64,000 bases of DNA from contig CM059432.1 in NCBI GenBank assembly GCA_030390025.1, positions 97,032,001-97,096,000 on the forward strand. Direction: 5' to 3'. How positions within the stretch are numbered: the first letter of the stretch is position 1; each line of letters opens with the position of its first letter. The position numbers and the translations under genes are program-made. The notes beneath the pieces are model-generated. The model was not told where the DNA came from. It ran no database searches and worked only from the letters and a program-made list of their open reading frames with translations. The DNA is from Squalus acanthias (Eukaryota). This document shows, piece after piece, positions 48,554 to 61,843 of the stretch.

Positions 48554-48616
48554 CCTTAGGTCCAGTGGAAGCCACGCCTGAACTCAGCAGTGGCATGGCT
48601 TCCACTGGACCTAAGG
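48554..48616. repeat. Perfect 21-bp inverted repeat (hairpin)
   Basis: CCTTAGGTCCAGTGGAAGCCA ... TGGCTTCCACTGGACCTAAGG. Confidence 0.9.
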
Positions 48617-50602
48617 ACAGCATACTAGGCAGGATTCCTGACGTATCCCGGGAACTCCCTCACCCAGACATGCCTCCAAAGCAGAGGATGCAGTGGTTTG
48701 GGCCGAAAACTCGCCTGTTCCCTCGCCAATCATAAGTTGGGATGCAGATTTCTGGAGGAAAACCTGGAAGATCAATGTTCAGTCCAAAATTCCTGGTCCC
48801 CACGGGCAATCTCTCTGAATTGTGCCTTCCCCCATGCCGAGAATTCCAGCCCCATTGAATATGTAACTGGAACTCCTGGTATTCTGCTCTGATATTGTTT
48901 CCACATCCCTGTAGAAATCTGTTAGTACTAGCTAGGGAAGGATTTCAAACACATTACCCTTTCATTTTCCAAATGCTTCTTATCCCAATGTAAATAGCTT
49001 CACTCCCACAGGAAAAGTCAAACATAGACTTAAAGTTCATAAAAATAAATTTGTATAACTTTTTGATCATCAATGGGCTTTAAATCAATTAACAGATTTG
49101 GTTCAACACTATCAGAATGCAAAATTCCACAAATTCTTCAGAATAAATCAGGGAATTATTAAAAATTGACACAAGCATTGAAATGGGGTTCACTACAGTT
49201 TTATATTTACATTTGTAGTTAATGCAGTTTGAACAAGTTAATGCTCATCCTCTGCTAACAGTTTTTCGGTCTGTTGGCTACATACATCTATGATGGCTTA
49301 CAGCATATCAATGTGCAATCCCATGAGAGAGTATGCTGATATTGTACAACTGAAACCCATGAGATCACCCATTATATGATGCAAAATTAACAATAGATCA
49401 AGGGTCCATGGGTAAAGATGAATTTAATTTTCTCTAATCCTTCTAATTACAATTTTAAAAATCCAGGCCTCAGCTTGATTTGGAGATGCTCTTCATTTGA
49501 ACTCAAACATGGAAAACAAATAATGGAATCTGAAGAACATAATTTTGGACTATATTTTAAGGAAGCATTCGAAGTCAACCATGTTATTTATTTGCATCCC
49601 TTATGGCCAACAATTTGTAGTATTGTTACAGCAAGTGGAAACTGGATGCTGTGCTTATTTGATGAATCTGTGCATAGCTAATCATGAATTGTCAATGCAT
49701 TCTTTTTCATCTTTAGTCTTGGTGATCATTTACTATAATGTTGTAACATTGCTTGAGGCACAATGTAATCTCTGAATTGGTATGTTCAACTAAAAGGTGT
49801 TTCTGAAGGTTAGACATTCTTGCAATATTATTTTTCGCTGTGGCAGGAAACAGTATAAAAGCTGATGATTAAAATATCAATAGTGAGTTATTTTGATGTG
49901 AAAAATTATTTTCAAGGTATCTGCTCTCAATGGGGCCTAAATTTGATAGCACCCGATAACAGGCATGAAAAGGTTGGCACACTGGACCCATGCGCCAGAA
50001 GACAAAGGCCGAAGGATCGTCCTAAATTCATTCTCAGTCTTCATTAGAATAAATCCAGCAAGCTGTGGTTGGTAATTGGGCGGTCGGACACATCTTGCCT
50101 CCAAATTTCAGCCAGCTCAAATGTCAAGCTGATCGCAGCTAAGATCAGGAAAAGAGAGAGGAAAATCGGACGGCAGCAGCCTGCAGTATTAATGTGGAGT
50201 CAGGAGGGGCCCTACTGCTCCTCCTGGCTGTATAATTACTTACCTGGCGGTTTCTTCCACGCTGTTGTTCAGTAACTGGGCAGAAGTTATCCTCTGCCAA
50301 AGATCAGCCCCTCCATCCCAAACCATCCCCAAGAATGTCTGGACACTTTCCTGTAATACCTAGTTTTCATGGATAGTAGTTCTGCTGGGTGTGAATTTTG
50401 TTACAAAGATGAAAATAAAACAAAGAAGGCTCTTGTTAGGATTCCAGATGCTTGCTTAAATAAACCCCCGTCCAGTATCAGTGAGAGTGAAGAGAAGGAA
50501 TGTACAGCCAGAGTACAAAACCTGGTGGGGTACATTTTCAGCAGGGACCAGAGGGAAGTGCTTGGCCAATTTCCCTATTTTGCTGAAAGTAAAGATTTGA
50601 CA

Positions 50603-51050
50603 GGCATATTAAATTTTAACACCCAAAAATGAGTAGGTTGGGGTCAGAGATGAGTTGGCAATTTAATTATTTTAATGAGGCTGGCAGCCTCTGAATTAAC
50701 CTACTTTGAAGGATTTACAGTAGCTGGCCAGATTCCCCAGGCGTTGGAAAACTGGTAGCTGAAGGGAGGCAAGGACAGCTTCGGATAAGTGCCTTCACAG
50801 CACTGCTTGTGGACCAAGAGGAGCAGGAGTGCTTCCCCCAGCCCCCAAACTCCCCCCACCATCAAAGCCCCTCCATACAAAGATCCCTGGGGTCAGGGAT
50901 CGGACCCCCCCACCGGGATTAGAACCCGTCCCCACCGGGGTCGTGGATTGGACCTACCTGGTCCTGCAGCCTGCTCCGGAGTCCTCCCAGCCCGACTGGA
51001 AGCCAAGCCTGTCAATCAGGCTGACTTCAAGGTGGGGAACCTGTCAAGTA
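50603..51050 (+). mobile_element. Partial MITE of the same family as 60157-60863
   Basis: Shared segments AATTTTAAC.CC and ACAGCACTGCTT.TGG.....GAGGAGCAG...GCTTCCCC. Confidence 0.5.
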
Positions 51051-51262
51051 CTTAAGACGCACGCTGTGGAGTTAAAACAGAGGCAGAGAACTGGAGATGG
51101 CTCTCCAGTCTTCACAAATTTGACTCCAGCAGAGGAGGAGGCCCTAGAGATCTCTGGAGTTGCAGAGCCGCTGGCAGTGAGATGGAGAGGGGGGGACCTC
51201 CCAGCAACCTGGTGACAGAATTAAATCTCAAACAGCCACATGGCATACAACAGTCACCCATA

Positions 51263-52496
51263 CTAACTTGATTGAGTTTTTTGATGAGGTAACAGAGAGG
51301 ATTGATGAGGGCAATGCAGTTGACATGGTGTACATGGACTTCCAAAAGGCATTTGATAAAGTGCCACATAATAGGCTTGCCAGCAAAGTTGAATAAAAGG
51401 GACAGTGACAGCATGGATACAAAATTGGCTAAGTGACAGGAAACAGAGAGTAGAGGTGAATGGTTGTTTTTCGGACTTGAGGAAGGTATACAGTGGTGTT
51501 CCCCAGGGGTCAGTACTAGGACCACTGCTTTTCTTGATATATATTAATGAATTAGACTTGGGTGTACAGGGCACAATTTCAAAATTTGCAAATGACTCAA
51601 AACTTGGAATTTTGTGAACAGTGAAGAGGATAGTGATAGACTTCAAGAAGACATAGACAGGCTGGTGGAATGGGCGGACACGTGGCAGATGAAATTTAAC
51701 GCAGAAAAGTGACACATTTTGGTAGGAAGAAAGAGGAGAGGCAATATAAACTAAATGGTACAATCCTAAAGGGGGTGCATGAACAGAGAGACCTGAGGGT
51801 ATATGTGCACAAATCGTTGAAGGTGGCAGGGCAGGTTGAGAAAGCGGTTAAAAAAGCATACGAGATCCTGGGCTTCATAAATAGAGGCATAGAGTACAAA
51901 AGCAAGGAAGTTATGATGAACCTGTATAAAACACTGGTTCGGCCTCAACTGGAGTATTGTGTCCAATTCTGGGCACCGCACTTTAGGAAGGATGTGAAGG
52001 CCTTAGAGAGGGTGCAGAAAAGATTTACAAGAATAGTTCCAGGGATGAGGGACTTCAGTTACGTGGATAGACTGGAGCAGCTGGGGTTGTTCTCCTTAAA
52101 GCAGAGAAGGTTGAGAGGAGATTTGATAGAGGTGTTCAAAATCATGAGGGGTCTAGACAGAGTAGAGAGAAACTGTTCCCATTGGTGGAAGGGTCAAGAA
52201 CCAGAGGATACAGATTTAAGGTGATTGTCAGAAGAACCAAAGGCGACATGAGGAAAAGCTTTTTTACGTAGTGAGTGGTTATGATCTGGAATGCACTGCC
52301 TGAAAGGGTGGTGGATGCAGATTCAATCGTGGCTTTCAAAAGGGAATTGGATAAGTACCTGAAGGAAAACAATTTGCAGGGCTACGGGGAAAGGGCGGGG
52401 GAGTGGGATCAGCTGAAGTGCTCTTGCAGAGAGCTGGCATGGGCTCAACGGGCTGAATGATCTCCTTCTGTGCTGTAACCATTCTATGATTCTATG
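51263..52496 (+). mobile_element. 5'-truncated CR1 LINE in a Harbinger intron
   Basis: [21 protein letters not shown] and RPQLEYCVQFW motifs; (ATTCTATG)2 tail. Confidence 0.93.
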
Positions 52497-53859
52497 TGGT
52501 GATTGATGTCAGCAGCCAGTGAAATGTCATCATGTGCATAATGGTAATGTTACTCATTTTTATCATAACACTTCTAATTCATCTGTTTACTCTCCCACAG
52601 GTCCATCAAGTTCACCTCCTCCCCCCACAAACTGTCCAGCTGAAGGAGGGAGATGACTCCTCAGAGGAAGCTCCATTCTCTGAGGGCGCACCATCAGCAG
52701 ACCCTTGTGCACCCAGCACCAGCACAGATACGTACACCTCGGTGGGTCCTGTGCGAGATAGAGTAGTGTTGTCACCTGGTGTCTCACATGTCACAAGTGA
52801 ACAAGAACAGATGGTGTTGACAGAGACAGCAGTAGAGACTCCCGGAGGGTGCAGGATGCTCCAAGCTCTGCTGAGCTGCATAAAGATGCTGAACCTCAGG
52901 GCCATCTAGGAATAGAGTGATCTTGGAGGGCCAGCAACAAATGCGCAATCTCTGGCAGCTTTTGCAGCCGCGATGTGTGCAAATGTACAGAGAATGGAGG
53001 AGTCCATCTTCAACATGAGCACCACCATCTTGCAGGCGATGGCGACGATGTGCTGTTCCATGGAAAGGATGGCCACCTGCATGGAGCAGCTAATGCGCTA
53101 GTCCAACCAGAACATGCTTGCTGTGAATAACAGATTGCAGACGCTCATTGACCTCATCTTGAGAAAGGATATAAACATGGACTTGGGTGGTCATCACCCC
53201 ACTGATGCACAACAGGGTGCTCTCCAGCTCCTTGCTAGCAGGGAAGTGCGGGTGGTCCATGAGAGGTATGATGGTAAGAGGGGACATGGAAGTAGAGGCT
53301 CTTCTCAAAGCGTTCCCACTTCTCCCCCGATGCCTCCCCCTCAGTCAGAGCCCCACATGCTGCCTTGGATCCCGATGGCCGAGTCTGCCCCTGCACAGTT
53401 GCAGGAGGAGCAGTCTTTGTCTACAAAACCCAGAGGATGTCTGCCAAAAGTGTCAATGCAGTCACAGCAGGTAAGTGAACAGCCTGCCTCTACCTCTGCT
53501 GAAGCCACAAGGTTTACACCTCGTAGAAGCACTCGGAAACAAAACTGACACAATCCTAGCTGCACAAGTGTATGCACATGGGTGTATGACAAAATGTTAA
53601 TGTTAATTTTCAGCTCTATTTATGATGCACAGAAATTTATTTCTTTGCACAACTTTCCCGTCTTACCTGGGAAGTGGCTTTGTCACTTGGAGTGAATCTT
53701 GAGACTTGACTTAACCTCGAGCAATGGGGGTGTGGGTGACAGGAATGGTTTGGTCATTGTAGGACTGTTTTGCGGTGTTGTTAGAGGCGGGGGGGGGGGG
53801 GGGGTGGGGTGAGGGGGTTGGTAGGGCATCTGGCAACCATATGGGTGTATTGGTGCAAG

Positions 53860-55326
53860 TTAAGTAAATCTGGCCATTATGAGGCCATCCCGGGCAGCAA
53901 TGTGCGCTGCTGCTGGTGCCATCTCCACCTCAGGTTCCTCCTCCTCCTCTTGCTCATGTTCCACCTGTTCCTCCTCCTCCTCTTCCTGTTTCACCTGTTC
54001 CTCCTCCTCCTCTTCATGTTCCACCTGTTCCTCCTCCTCCTCTTCATGTTCCACCTGTTCCTCCTCCACCTCTTCATGTTCCACCTGTTCCTCCTCCTCC
54101 TCTTCATGTTTCACCTGTTCCTCCTCCTCCTCTTCATGTTTCACCTGTTCCTCCTCCTCCTCTTCATGTTTCACCTGTTCCTCCTCCTCCTCTTCATGTT
54201 TCACCTGTTCCTCCTCCTCCTCCTCCAAAGAGGCTGTGCGCTCTGCGCCTTGCATCTCCTGCAGCTCCAATCCTCGCTGCTGTGCTTTGTTGTGCAGTGC
54301 TCAGCAAATGATGATTATTCTGGAGACCCTGACTGGTGCGTACTGAAGGGCTCCTCCAGATCTCTCAAGGCATCAGAAGCGTAGCTTCAGTATGCTGATT
54401 GTTTGCTCCATGATACATCTGGTGGACTTGTGGCTGTCATTATAGTGCTCCCCGCCCTCATTACTTGGCCTCCTCAAGGGTGTCATCAGCCACGTCTTCA
54501 GTGGATAGCCCTTGTCTCCAAGCAGCCAGCTGGTAAGTCTGTTTGGAGGGGCGAAGAGCTGAGGGAGGGTGGACTGGCAGAGCACGAAAGAGTCATGGCA
54601 GCTGCCATGGAATCTGGCACACACATGCATGATGATCTTTTTATGGTTGCAGACTAGCTGCACATTGAGGAGTGGAAGCCCTTGCGGTTCACAAACACTC
54701 CTGGGTGATTTGGGGGTGCCTTGATTGCTACATGTGTGCAGTCGATGATGCTCTGCACCTGTGGGAAGCCAGCCAGAGCTGCAAAGCCAAGCAACCGCTC
54801 AGTAACACTGGCTTCATCAGTGGCAAAGTTCACATAAGTGGCTGACTTGTGAAACATGGCATCGGTGACCTGTGTGATGCAGCTGTGGGCGGCCGACTGC
54901 GAGATGCCGCATATGTCTGCTGCAGATCCCTGGAAGGAGCCTGAGGCAAAGAAGTTGAGGGCAGTGGTGACTTTCAAAGCCATTGGTAAGGAGTGTCCAG
55001 CAGATCCTCTGGGCAGCAAGTCTTGTTCCAGCAAGTTACAAATGTCTGCGATGACCTGGCGCGATAGCCTGAGCCTCCTGAAGCACTGCTGTTCAGTCGT
55101 GTCCAGGAAGCTCATCCTCTGCCTGTATACCCTGTGCTGGGGGTATTGCCTCTGGTGTGGTGCAGCCCCTGTGCTGATCCCCTCTCTCCTGTGGAGCATC
55201 AAGTCGTTGAGGAGAAGGCTGCTGGTGTGGTTGCTGCTGCTGCTGGTGTGGCTGGTGTTGTTGGTGCTGGGGCTCATCTTGGTCCGATTCTGAGGTCCAA
55301 GATGAGACAGCATAAGTGGCACCCAT
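53860..55326 (-). pseudogene. Harbinger DDE transposase (HARBI1-like), frameshifted, with expanded acidic tail
   Basis: [39 protein letters not shown] and [12 protein letters not shown] motifs. Confidence 0.92.
53935..54226. repeat. 30-bp minisatellite (~9-10 units) encoding EEEEEEQV(K/E)H
   Basis: Tandem TTCATGTT(T/C)CACCTGTTCCTCCTCCTCCTC units. Confidence 0.95.
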
Positions 55327-55637
55327 GCTGATCTAATAGATGTCAGGTAAAGTGGAGATCAGAGGCACAATCCTTCAATGTTCTGATAGTGAGAGTGGCT
55401 TCCGAGGTTACAGAAATCACCTGCAAACTCCTGACAGCTAAATGTCTGCAGAAAATGGAGTCAGCAAGAGCCTTTCCCTTAGGCAAGGAAGCTTGTGTAA
55501 TGTGTGAGTATTTATGTGTTTTTTCCAGCTGTCACTTAATAGACTCGCACAATGGCCACTGAACTTCCGCCTCCCCTTCACAGCCAAGGTTCCCGAGGTG
55601 CGTGAATCCTGTGCGCAAGAAGTTAAAGCCAAAACCT

Positions 55638-56393
55638 TGTAAGAATAAAAATATATGTTTTGTATGTGTGATGGACTCAAGACTATTAATATAAGATGTG
55701 TGTAATAAAGATAAATTTGATGTGTGTGGATCTCCCCTGGGTAAGGTAACAGCATGAAACTTAACAAAGGAAACCTGCATAACAGGATAACCCCCCACAG
55801 CAACACCATCGAAACTCACCATCGAAACTCAAGAGCCACTAAAAGGTGTCAACAAACAATTAACTTAAGCAAGAAATGGCCCCAGCCACTGCAGACAGAC
55901 ACGTGTAAAAGGAAAGCCAATCAAGAACTGCCGTGAATCTAAGACCCAAACCTGGGGTCTTAGCAATTTAGAGTCGAGACAATGGACTTAAAAAGATATA
56001 AAACAAGGAAACCAAAGGCTCTCTCTCTCTCTCTCTCTGGACAACCACGCAGAAAAACAAGAAGCCCTCCCTCTACAGACCAGACCAAGAAGCAAGGAAA
56101 AAGGCCGCGTGCATTGCTTGACTCAGGGAAGTACCAGTCTGTGTAAATCTAACCCATTACCTCACATGTTGTAATCGAGTAGAGTCCATAAATACCAGTA
56201 GGCTATTGTTTTGATGTGCATGAGTGTGTGTGTTTAATAAATTTGCATGAGTGTGTGTGTTTAATAAATTTGCATGAGTGTGTGTGTTTAATAAATTTGC
56301 ATGAGTGTTTGTGTTTAATAAACTTATTCCAAATTGTTTCAAAAGAATTGGTCTTGCTGTCAATTTAATGCCAGTCGAAATAAAAAGCTTACA
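55638..56393 (+). mobile_element. Solo LTR (756 bp) inserted in the subterminal region of Harbinger 2
   Basis: TGTAAG...CTTACA perfect 6-bp inverted termini and flanks ACCT/ACCC. TATAAAA near 55998, a (CT)n tract, and four 27-bp tandem units each containing AATAAA (~56217-56322). Confidence 0.75.
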
Positions 56394-57502
56394 ACCCGAG
56401 GTTAAAAAGGCAGTTAACGGTCTCTCAACCAGGAGTTGCGGGTCTGTGGCATGTCTCTAATCACGCCCGAGTTAAATGCGGAAGTCGGCAGGATGACGGC
56501 GGGTTCCCGACGTGCTGTCAATTTCCGCGCATTTAACATTCGACCCGCCCCCAAACCAGCATGCTCGGCACCGGAAAAATTCCGGCCTTAGTTTGCAATA
56601 GAACATGATGTAACAGTGTTTCATCTGGAACTGAAGAAAATGACAGCAACACAATTTAGAAATGCTTTTGTAAGTTTACAAAGTAGTGCTGCTGAAACTC
56701 TGGTTTCAGTTTTCTTTGCTTGCCATGCCCCTGTAAGACTAAAATAAGGAATGATTCTATTACTGTTGCTCTGTCAATAAATAGTCCTGATTTAGCAGGC
56801 CGCAAACAAAGCACTGCATTTTAATACCCCCTATTACCTCAAGAGCCCTTGGTTCAAAATGTTATGTGACAACTCCTTTTTATTACATACAATTGCATAA
56901 AAAGCCATTTGCACAATGGGGGACAAGCGTTTCCGGAACGTTTCAGCAAACCTTCTCATTAAACAGATGAAGGAAATGCAAAAAAAGGTGTATAATAACT
57001 CTGCAGCTCATTGGCATTTCATATATTCCATAGGCCAGACAACATTGTGGGCCTGCAGTCACCCCATAATCCTGTAGTGGTGTGACTGTGATTAAAATGG
57101 GAACCTTTTGCCACAACGTTCCAGTAATAGAAGAGTGGCAGTTTCTGGATGACATGCCTTCATGCATGACAAGGAGTGCTGCAGGCCCTTTTCATTTCCT
57201 TGAATTACAAGCTTCACCAGAAAGGGAGAGCAAGAGATTGACAACAAAATAAGAAACATTCTCAGCCACTTAAGCACTCAAATCTGTCTTTTATTTAGCA
57301 TTCAAAATGTGTCCATTAATGCTTTAAGTGTTTCCTGTCTTATTTCCAACTTATCTAACCATTTACACGAGGACTTGCAATGAAAATCAAAATTTGGTTG
57401 TCTACGAATTTCCCCTCATCTTTCTTGGACACTTTGGCCTGCATATTAACAAGGGTGGGTTACATGGGACGGGGGCGGAATTTCGGACGATGGTAACGAG
57501 AT

Positions 57503-58888
57503 GGTGACGATGTGCTGTTCCATCGAAAGGATGGCCACCTGCATTGAGCAGCAAATGCGCCAGTCACACCATGGCAGACGCTCATAGACCTCATCTCTAG
57601 GAGGGATATAATCATAGACTTAGGCATTCATCAACCCACTGTAGTGCAGCAAGGTGCCCTCCAGCTCCTTGCTAGCAGGGAGGTGCTGGTGGCCCAAGAG
57701 AGGGATGATAGTGAAAGTGGACATGGAAGTGGGGGCTTGTCTCACACTTCTCCCCCATTGCCTCCCCCTCAGTCAGAGCCCCACATGCTTCCTCGGATCG
57801 CGACGGCCGAGAATGCCCCTGGGTAGTTGCAGGAGGAGCAGTCTTTGGCGGGGCCCTCACAGGCTCCAAAACCAAGAGGACGTCCGCCAAAAGTGTCTAT
57901 GCAGTCGCAGCAGGGAAGTGATCAGCTTGCCTCTACCTTTGCTGAAGCCACAGGGGTTACACCTTGTAGAAGCACTCGGAAAAGAAAAAAGACACCATCC
58001 TAAATGCACAAGGGTATGCACATGGGTGTATGAATGAATGTTAGTGATAAGTTTCAGTTATTTTTATGACACAGATAAATTTATTTCTTTGCACCACTTT
58101 CCAGGTCTTGTCGATTTTTGCCTGCTACCTGGGAAGTGGCTTTGTCACTTTGATGAATGGTGAGACAATACTTAACCTCAAGCAATGGGGGTTTGGGTGA
58201 CAGGATTGGCTTGGTCATTGTAGGGATGCTTTGTGGTGTTTTTGGGGTGGGGGAAACTTAGTACAGCGTGTGGCAGCCATATGGGTGCATTGGAGCAAGT
58301 TAAGTAAATCTGGCCATTATGAGGCCATCCCAGGCTTCCCGGACAGCAATGTGCACCACTCCATGTCAGGTTCCTCCTCTTCCTCCTCATGTTCCACCTG
58401 TTCCTCCTCCTCCTCCAAAGAGGCTGTGCACACTGTGCCTTGCTCGTCCTGCAGCTCCAATCCTCGTTGCTGCGCTATGTTGTGCAGCGCGCAGCAAATG
58501 ACAATGATTCTGGAGACGCTGGCTGGTGCGTACTGAAGGGCTCCTCCAGATCTGTCAAGGTATCTGAAGCGTATATTCAGCATGCATATTACTTGCTCTA
58601 TGACATATCTGGTGGACATGTGACTCTCATTATAATACTCCTGGGCCTCAGTACTTGGTCTCCTCAAGGGTGTCATCAGCCACGTCTTCAGTGGATAGCC
58701 CTTGTCTCAAAGCAGCCAGCCGGTAAGTCTATTTGAAGGGGCGAAGAGCTGAGGGAGGGTGGACTGCGTAGCACGAAGGAGTCATGACAGCTGCCAGGGA
58801 ATCTGGCGCACATATGCATGATGATCTTTTTATGGTTGCAGACGAGCTGCACATTGAGGGAGTGGAAGCCCTTGTGGTTCACAAACAC
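57503..58888. mobile_element. Harbinger 3 fragment, paralogous to 53041-54688
   Basis: Colinear with the 3' end of the Myb gene and the 3' half of the transposase ([36 protein letters not shown]). Abuts an L2 fragment at ~58889. Confidence 0.88.
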
Positions 58889-59640
58889 ACAGAGTTTGTG
58901 GCAGGGTCCAAAGACAATTGCTTCAGTCTTCCCAATATTTAGTTGAAGGAAATTTCTGCTCATCCATTTTGGATGTGGGACTAGCAGTGTGACAAATCAG
59001 AGACAGAGGAGAGGTCCAAAGAGGTGGTGGTGAGATAGAGCTGAGTGTCGTCGGCATACATGTGGAACCTGATGCGTTTTCGGATGATGTCACCAAGGGG
59101 CAGCATGTAGATGAGAAGTAGGAGGGGGCCAAGGATAAATCCTTGCGGGACACCAGATGTAACGGTGCGGGAGTGGGAAGAGAAGCCATTGCAGGTGATT
59201 CTCTGGCTATGAAAAGAGAGATAAGAATGGAACCAGGCGAGTGCCGTCCCACCCAGTTGGCCGACGGAGGAGAGGCGTTGGAGGAGTGTGGTCAACCGTG
59301 TCAAAGGCAGCAGACAGGTCGAAAAGGATGAGGAGGGATAGCTTACCACGGTCACAGTGGCAAAGAATGTCATTTGTTTCAGTACTGTGTCTGGGCCGGA
59401 AACCTAATTGGAGGGATCCAAATATGGAATTGCGGGAAAGATGTTCACGGATATGTGAAGCGACAACACTTGGAGAGGAAAAGGAAGTTGGAGATGGGGC
59501 AGTAGTTTGCAAGGACAGAGGGGTCAAGGGTGGGTTTTTTGAGTAGAGGGGTGATGACAGCAGATTTGAAGGGGGGTGGGGAAAATACCTGAGGAAAGGA
59601 AACCATTCGCAATATCAGCTAATATGGGGCCCAGGAGGGG
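58889..59640 (-). mobile_element. L2 LINE RT fragment
   Basis: GFRPRHSTET, DLSAAFDTVDH, GVPQGFILGP, MYADDTQLY and [14 protein letters not shown] motifs. Confidence 0.92.
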
Positions 59641-60156
59641 AAGCTGTAAAAAGTGGCAAACATACTCCTTTGTGCTTTGAATTTATTAACTAATACTTTT
59701 ACATAATAAATGGATTTATTCTCAATTGAAAGGTTTTGTGGGAAACTCTTAAAAGTTTGCAAGGTAACAGTTGCTATAATTCAGTAGATAATACATGTTT
59801 GCCATCTCAATCCCCTTTCAAGCTGAAACCACAAGTTACTTTACTTATAGTATCTAACCTTTTGGGTCGATTATCATAACATTCAATCTTGTTTTTTTTC
59901 CAAACTCTTTTACTGTAGTCCATAGTAAAGCTCCACAGTGGTACACTGTACTTTTTATATTTCGTTCTCAGGAACTTTTAGTTTCTTCATATCTATTGTT
60001 TTCTGGGTTAGTCAGAATCATTATGACCACTGCATTATTGTTGGCATCTTCCCAATTTCATTCAACCTTTAAAATGTATGCCTTGCTAAGTTAACTTATC
60101 TAGTACTGTGAATGAATTCAATTGACTGGCGCTGTTGGGTCCCTTACTAATTTCAT

Positions 60157-60863
60157 AGGGGGAATTTTAACCCCACATGACAGGCGGGAAAGGGTTGGGG
60201 GATTAAATTAACAAATATGCAAAACCCGACCCCAACCCATCGTGAATCCACCTACTTCCGTTTTAATCCCGGCGAGTTTGAGGTTGTCTGAGTAATCCAC
60301 TCTGGAAGGGCGGATCCGTGATTAAAGTAGGTTAATGAGGCTCTATTCCTCAGATTTTGGCAGTCATTTAAATTTTTCACTGGCCAGATGGGTTTCCCTT
60401 AGCTCGGGAAACCTGGCAGCTAAAGGGAGTTGGAGCTGCCACATCCAGCTTTTTACAGCACTGCTTATGGGTCAGGAGGAGCAGCAGAGCTTCCCCCGGC
60501 CCCTCAAGCAAATCTTCTGCCGTGATCAGCCAACTCACCCCTCGCCCCCGATTCTGCACCAACCCCACCATCTCTCCTGGTTCCCCTTTCCTCCAAATTA
60601 CCGGACCAACTACCCCCCACCCCCACCAACCCGCGATGTTTTCCGGTTGCTGGGGACCGTCTCCATCACTCCCTGGCTGCGGCCTTCTATCACTGGCTTT
60701 CCTGCTGGCAACTGGCCAGCCTCTCAATCGGGCCGGCTGCAGGGCGGGAAACAGAATTTAAAAAATGATAATGTGGTCCTGCCGTTAAATTCGGCTGGAA
60801 ATCCGCGTTCCCAGCATTTTCGGGTTTCCCCTATAAACACGCCTTGCCGTAAATATCAATCCC
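60157..60863. mobile_element. Probable Harbinger-type MITE
   Basis: Starts AGGGGGAATTTTAACCCC and has internal similarity to 50603-51050. The right terminus is degenerate. Confidence 0.5.
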
Positions 60864-60929
60864 AATGGCTAAAAGCAATGCAAAGATTACCTTGGTATAA
60901 TGTGACAGTGTCAATCTTTGAAATCCCTT

Positions 60930-61797
60930 GGGGGAGAAATTAGGTATCGCACCGTTTGGGGCGCAATTATCGGCCGGGCGCAAAGTTTAGTGCCTGGCGC
61001 TAATTATCGCCTCCGACTGCAAACTTGGCTTCTATCGCCCCTGGAGGTGATTGGAGCGCTAAATCAGGCGCTACACACCTCTCTTAAGGCGCTAACGCCG
61101 AGGGGCGAGGCGCTACCTCAGAGCGCTGGCGAAGCTCATGTGATGTCAGTCAGCAATAGAACACAGACACAATGGCGCCAGCCAATTCTTAAAGGGGAGG
61201 GTCGATCTTGCTCTCCATCCAAACCCTGCTCATTGCAGCCTTGAATCTCAGCCTGGAGAGACCTGTACATCAAATCTGCTGGAAAGAACAATGGAGAGAC
61301 CCAGGGAAAGAGCTCAGAGTGCGGCCCCCAAGTCTCTTCTAAATCGATGCAAGGAAGATCAAATCAAAATAAACCTGCGAAGTGCTGCTCAGTACCCAAA
61401 ACTCCTCAACACAGCGTTGAATATCTCCAGAAGTCTTTCTCTCTCACTCAGAATGCGCGGTGCAAAAATGTCGCCAACAAAAAAAGGCAGGAAGCGGTCC
61501 CTTCCCGACTGCAAAACGTTCCCCTCAACCTGTCGTTGCTAGCGGCAGGCGGTAAGACAGGGGGCGCCACTTAATATCCGGTCCTGGGGCGCTACCGGGG
61601 CGTTGCATGCTCGACTGATGTCACAATCTGCGGGCGCAGGAGATCGCGGCAGTAGTGTTTAGCGCTGCCGCAAAATGTCTGGTCAATTTCACGAGCGCCG
61701 CAAACATTGCCGCGCCCCGGTGCTAGTTGCTTTGCGCCCCATTAGCACCCTCTTAGGGCGCTAATGGGAGGCGCAAACCAACCGAATTTTCCCCCCC
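60930..61797. mobile_element. Internally deleted Harbinger (MITE)
   Basis: TIRs GGGGGAGAAATTAGGT / ACCGAATTTTCCCCCC followed by TTA, with GCGC-rich subterminal repeats. Retains TTCTTAAAGGGGAGG and a Myb-like start MERPRERA at 61291. Confidence 0.72.
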
Positions 61798-61843
61798 TTA
61801 GCTTTTGATTGGACTTTAAAATTAGTTTTGAGCTGATGAAAAC

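Larger units (their letters stand above)
51075..56587. mobile_element. Harbinger transposon 2 (left end lost), with CR1 and LTR insertions
   Basis: Myb-gene exon-2-like RQRTGDGSPVFTNLTPAEEEALEI at ~51079-51212. Exon 3 from 52601 after CCCACAG. Convergent transposase. Right end GGAAAAATTCCGGCC followed by TTA. Confidence 0.78.

Noticed and set aside
53809..54384. Hydrophobic, Ser/Cys-rich or Pro-rich proteins on the + strand
   Set aside because: Alternate readings of the 30-bp minisatellite in the minus-strand transposase.
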